A stretch of 64,000 nt of DNA, from positions 3,061 through 67,060 of the forward strand of contig QCGL01000009.1 of the NCBI GenBank assembly GCA_003279935.1. The letters are read 5' to 3'. The stretch comes from Prochlorococcus sp. AG-388-A04 (lineage in GTDB: Bacteria > Cyanobacteriota > Cyanobacteriia > PCC-6307 > Cyanobiaceae). The notes under the pieces are model-generated. The model was not told the origin of the DNA and ran no database searches. It saw only the letters and a program-made list of their open reading frames with translations. A program made the translations under genes and the position numbers. Positions 61,715-64,000 of the stretch are shown here, in pieces; position 1 is the stretch's first letter, and each line of letters begins with the position of its first letter.

Positions 61715-62710
61715 TTATCTAAACATAGAGCTAACCGAACTTTCTTCATGAATTCTCCATATTGCCTCTCCTAACATATTTGCTACAGAAAGTACTTTTA
61801 ACTGAGGGAATTCGCCATTATCAATGACTGGAATACTGTTAGTAACAATAACTTGTTCAAATAAATCTTTTGAACTTAATCTTTCATAAGATGGTGGAGA
61901 GAAAACTGCATGAGAAGCACATGCGAAAATTCTCTTTGCACCTTCTTTTTTTAATAAATTTGCACCTGAACAAATAGTACCGCCAGTATCAATCATGTCA
62001 TCTATTAGAATAGCCGTTTTCCCCTTGACTTCTCCAATAACAGTCAAACTCTCTGCGATATTATGAGCAGATCTTCTTTTATCAATAATCGCTAATGGAG
62101 CATCATTCATTAATTTGGCAAATGCTCTGGCTCTGGCTACTCCACCCACATCAGGAGATACAACAACAACTTCCTCCAACTTTAGAGATTCAAGATAATC
62201 AATTAAGACAGGAGATCCATATATATGATCGCAAGGAATATCAAAATATCCTTGTATTTGGGCTGAATGTAAATCCATGGCAAGAACTCTATCCACTCCT
62301 GACTTCTCAAGTAAATTCGCTGTAAGCTTTGCTGTAATTGACTCTCTTCCTGAAGTTTTTCTATCCGCCCTTGCATATCCAAAATATGGAATGACCGCTG
62401 TAATCTGTCTGGCTGAAGCTCTTTTACAAGCATCAACCATAATCATCAACTCCATTAAACTATCATTCACTGGAGCGCATGTAGGTTGAATAAGGAATAC
62501 ATCACAACCTCTTATAGATTGTTGAATTTGAACATAAAGTTCCCCATCAGCAAATCTTTTAGATACTAAGGGAACATTTTCAATCCCTAAATATGATGCA
62601 ATTTCTTCAGCTAATTTAGGATTAGAAGTTCCACTAACTAACCTAAGTCGACTATTAGTTAGATTAAAAGTTGGCTCTTCATTTTCTACTGCCGTGATAA
62701 AACTTGTCAC
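61715..62710 (-). CDS. prs: ribose-phosphate pyrophosphokinase
   Basis: FADGE, YARADRK, DLHSAQIQG, SPDVGG, DDMIDTGGT. Confidence 0.97.
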   Translation of the reverse strand: MTSFITAVENEEPTFNLTNSRLRLVSGTSNPKLAEEIASYLGIENVPLVSKRFADGELYVQIQQSIRGCDVFLIQPTCAPVNDSLMELMIMVDACKRASARQITAVIPYFGYARADRKTSGRESITAKLTANLLEKSGVDRVLAMDLHSAQIQGYFDIPCDHIYGSPVLIDYLESLKLEEVVVVSPDVGGVARARAFAKLMNDAPLAIIDKRRSAHNIAESLTVIGEVKGKTAILIDDMIDTGGTICSGANLLKKEGAKRIFACASHAVFSPPSYERLSSKDLFEQVIVTNSIPVIDNGEFPQLKVLSVANMLGEAIWRIHEESSVSSMFR

Positions 62711-62959
62711 GAAATTTAGCTTTTAAAATCTATTCATATCGTAGTACCTTATATTAATTTCGCAAAAATTAATTAACTTATTTATCTTTCATAGTTATAA
62801 GTACTAAGTTTGAATATTAAATATTCTGAACTATATAATTTTAAAATTTATCGGCAAATATAAGAAACATCTAAATTTATTTGTTAAGTGATAAATATTT
62901 AATTATTCTTAATCTTAGATAATAATTGATAAAAGAATTAAAAAAATCACTTTATATTA

Positions 62960-64000
62960 ATGAGTTTAAAATCAGTTCTTAAAAGAAAATCGTTAGGTAT
63001 ACTTGTTCATCCTTCAAGTCTCCCCGGAGGTAGTTACTGTGGGACCTTTGGAGAAGGCGCTAAAGATTGGATTGAGAAGCTTTGTAAGTATAGGATTAAT
63101 CACTGGCAATTCTTACCTCTTACTCCAACAGATGCAACTGGATCTCCATATAGTTCGCCCTCCAGTTTTGCTTTAAATCCTTGGTTGCTTGATATCAATA
63201 AATTAATTGAAGAAAACTTTATCATTTCATTAAATAAGAAGGATTTACAATCAAGCAATCAGACCGAAGATCATTTTGATTTTGATTTTGCAAATAATTT
63301 ATCGAAAAAATTAGGAGAATATCTTTTATTTGATTGGGAATCTCAATCTGAAATGAGGAAAACTGATTTTTATTTATGGAATAAAAAAAATACTTGGGTT
63401 GAAGATTATTCAATATTTATGGTCTTAAGAGAGAAATTCAATATGTTACCTTGGTGGGAATGGCCATTGGAGTTTAAACAAAAGGAAAATGAATTTATAA
63501 AAACATGGATAAAAGACAAAAAAAATGAAATACTTAAAAAAAAATTAATACAATGGCATCTTGATAAACAGTGGAAGGAGATCAAAGTCTTTGCCAAAAC
63601 TAAAGGAATTACACTCATAGGAGATTTGCCTTTTTATGTTTCAAGAGACAGTGCCGATGTATGGAGTAATAAATCACTATTTTCAATATCACAAAATGGA
63701 GATTTACTTTTTCAAAGTGGGGTTCCTCCTGATTATTTCTCATCTTCGGGACAACTATGGGGTACTCCCACCTACTATTGGACTAAGCACAAAAGTACAG
63801 CATTTAGTTGGTGGAGAAAAAGATTTAAAAGACAATTTGAACTTGTTGACATATTAAGACTTGATCATTTCAGAGCGTTGGCTGGATATTGGAGAGTTGA
63901 GGGTAATGCCAAAAATGCTATTAATGGGACTTGGATTAATTCTCCTGGTAAAGAGCTATTAAATATTTTAAAAAAAGATTTAAAATCTGATTATCTACCT
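62960..64000 (+). CDS. malQ: 4-alpha-glucanotransferase (partial, runs off the window end)
   Basis: Hand translation from ATG 62960: GILVHPSSLPGG, WQFLPL, SPYSSPSSFALNP, IGDLPFYV, GVPPDYFS, LRLDHFR; absent from the track because no stop lies in the window. Confidence 0.93.
   Translation, partial: MSLKSVLKRKSLGILVHPSSLPGGSYCGTFGEGAKDWIEKLCKYRINHWQFLPLTPTDATGSPYSSPSSFALNPWLLDINKLIEENFIISLNKKDLQSSNQTEDHFDFDFANNLSKKLGEYLLFDWESQSEMRKTDFYLWNKKNTWVEDYSIFMVLREKFNMLPWWEWPLEFKQKENEFIKTWIKDKKNEILKKKLIQWHLDKQWKEIKVFAKTKGITLIGDLPFYVSRDSADVWSNKSLFSISQNGDLLFQSGVPPDYFSSSGQLWGTPTYYWTKHKSTAFSWWRKRFKRQFELVDILRLDHFRALAGYWRVEGNAKNAINGTWINSPGKELLNILKKDLKSDYLP

Overview
AT-rich cyanobacterial chromosome segment, most consistent with a high-light Prochlorococcus (inferred from compact AT-rich genes, Yfr1 and Yfr2 sRNAs, an FNR without a CpcD domain, and the gene order trxA-guaB-gyrA-crtL-leuA-folD-crtE-opcA-zwf-petH-tRNA-Glu-sasA-prs-malQ). 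About 1-20.6 kb is accessory or island-like: two fibrillin genes, many very small ORFs (several under the 60-aa track cutoff, including a Psb34/Ssl1498-like one), a three-gene operon of a passenger-less intimin/invasin-type beta-barrel plus two paralogous secreted proteins, a Yfr2-family sRNA, and a zinc cluster (znuB, zur, znuC, znuA, COG0523 GTPase, WD40 protein) with two Zur boxes. At 20.7-24 kb is a CP-ATP-grasp/alpha-E/transglutaminase operon with an NtcA-like site upstream. About 24-64 kb is mostly core housekeeping genes. Best novelty candidates: (1) the split inverse-autotransporter-like secretion or adhesin system at 3789-6803; (2) a ~105-aa domain inserted in both ZnuA and the adjacent COG0523 chaperone. 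No CRISPR array, rRNA, integrase or transposase was seen. All family assignments come from motif recognition by eye, with no database searches.
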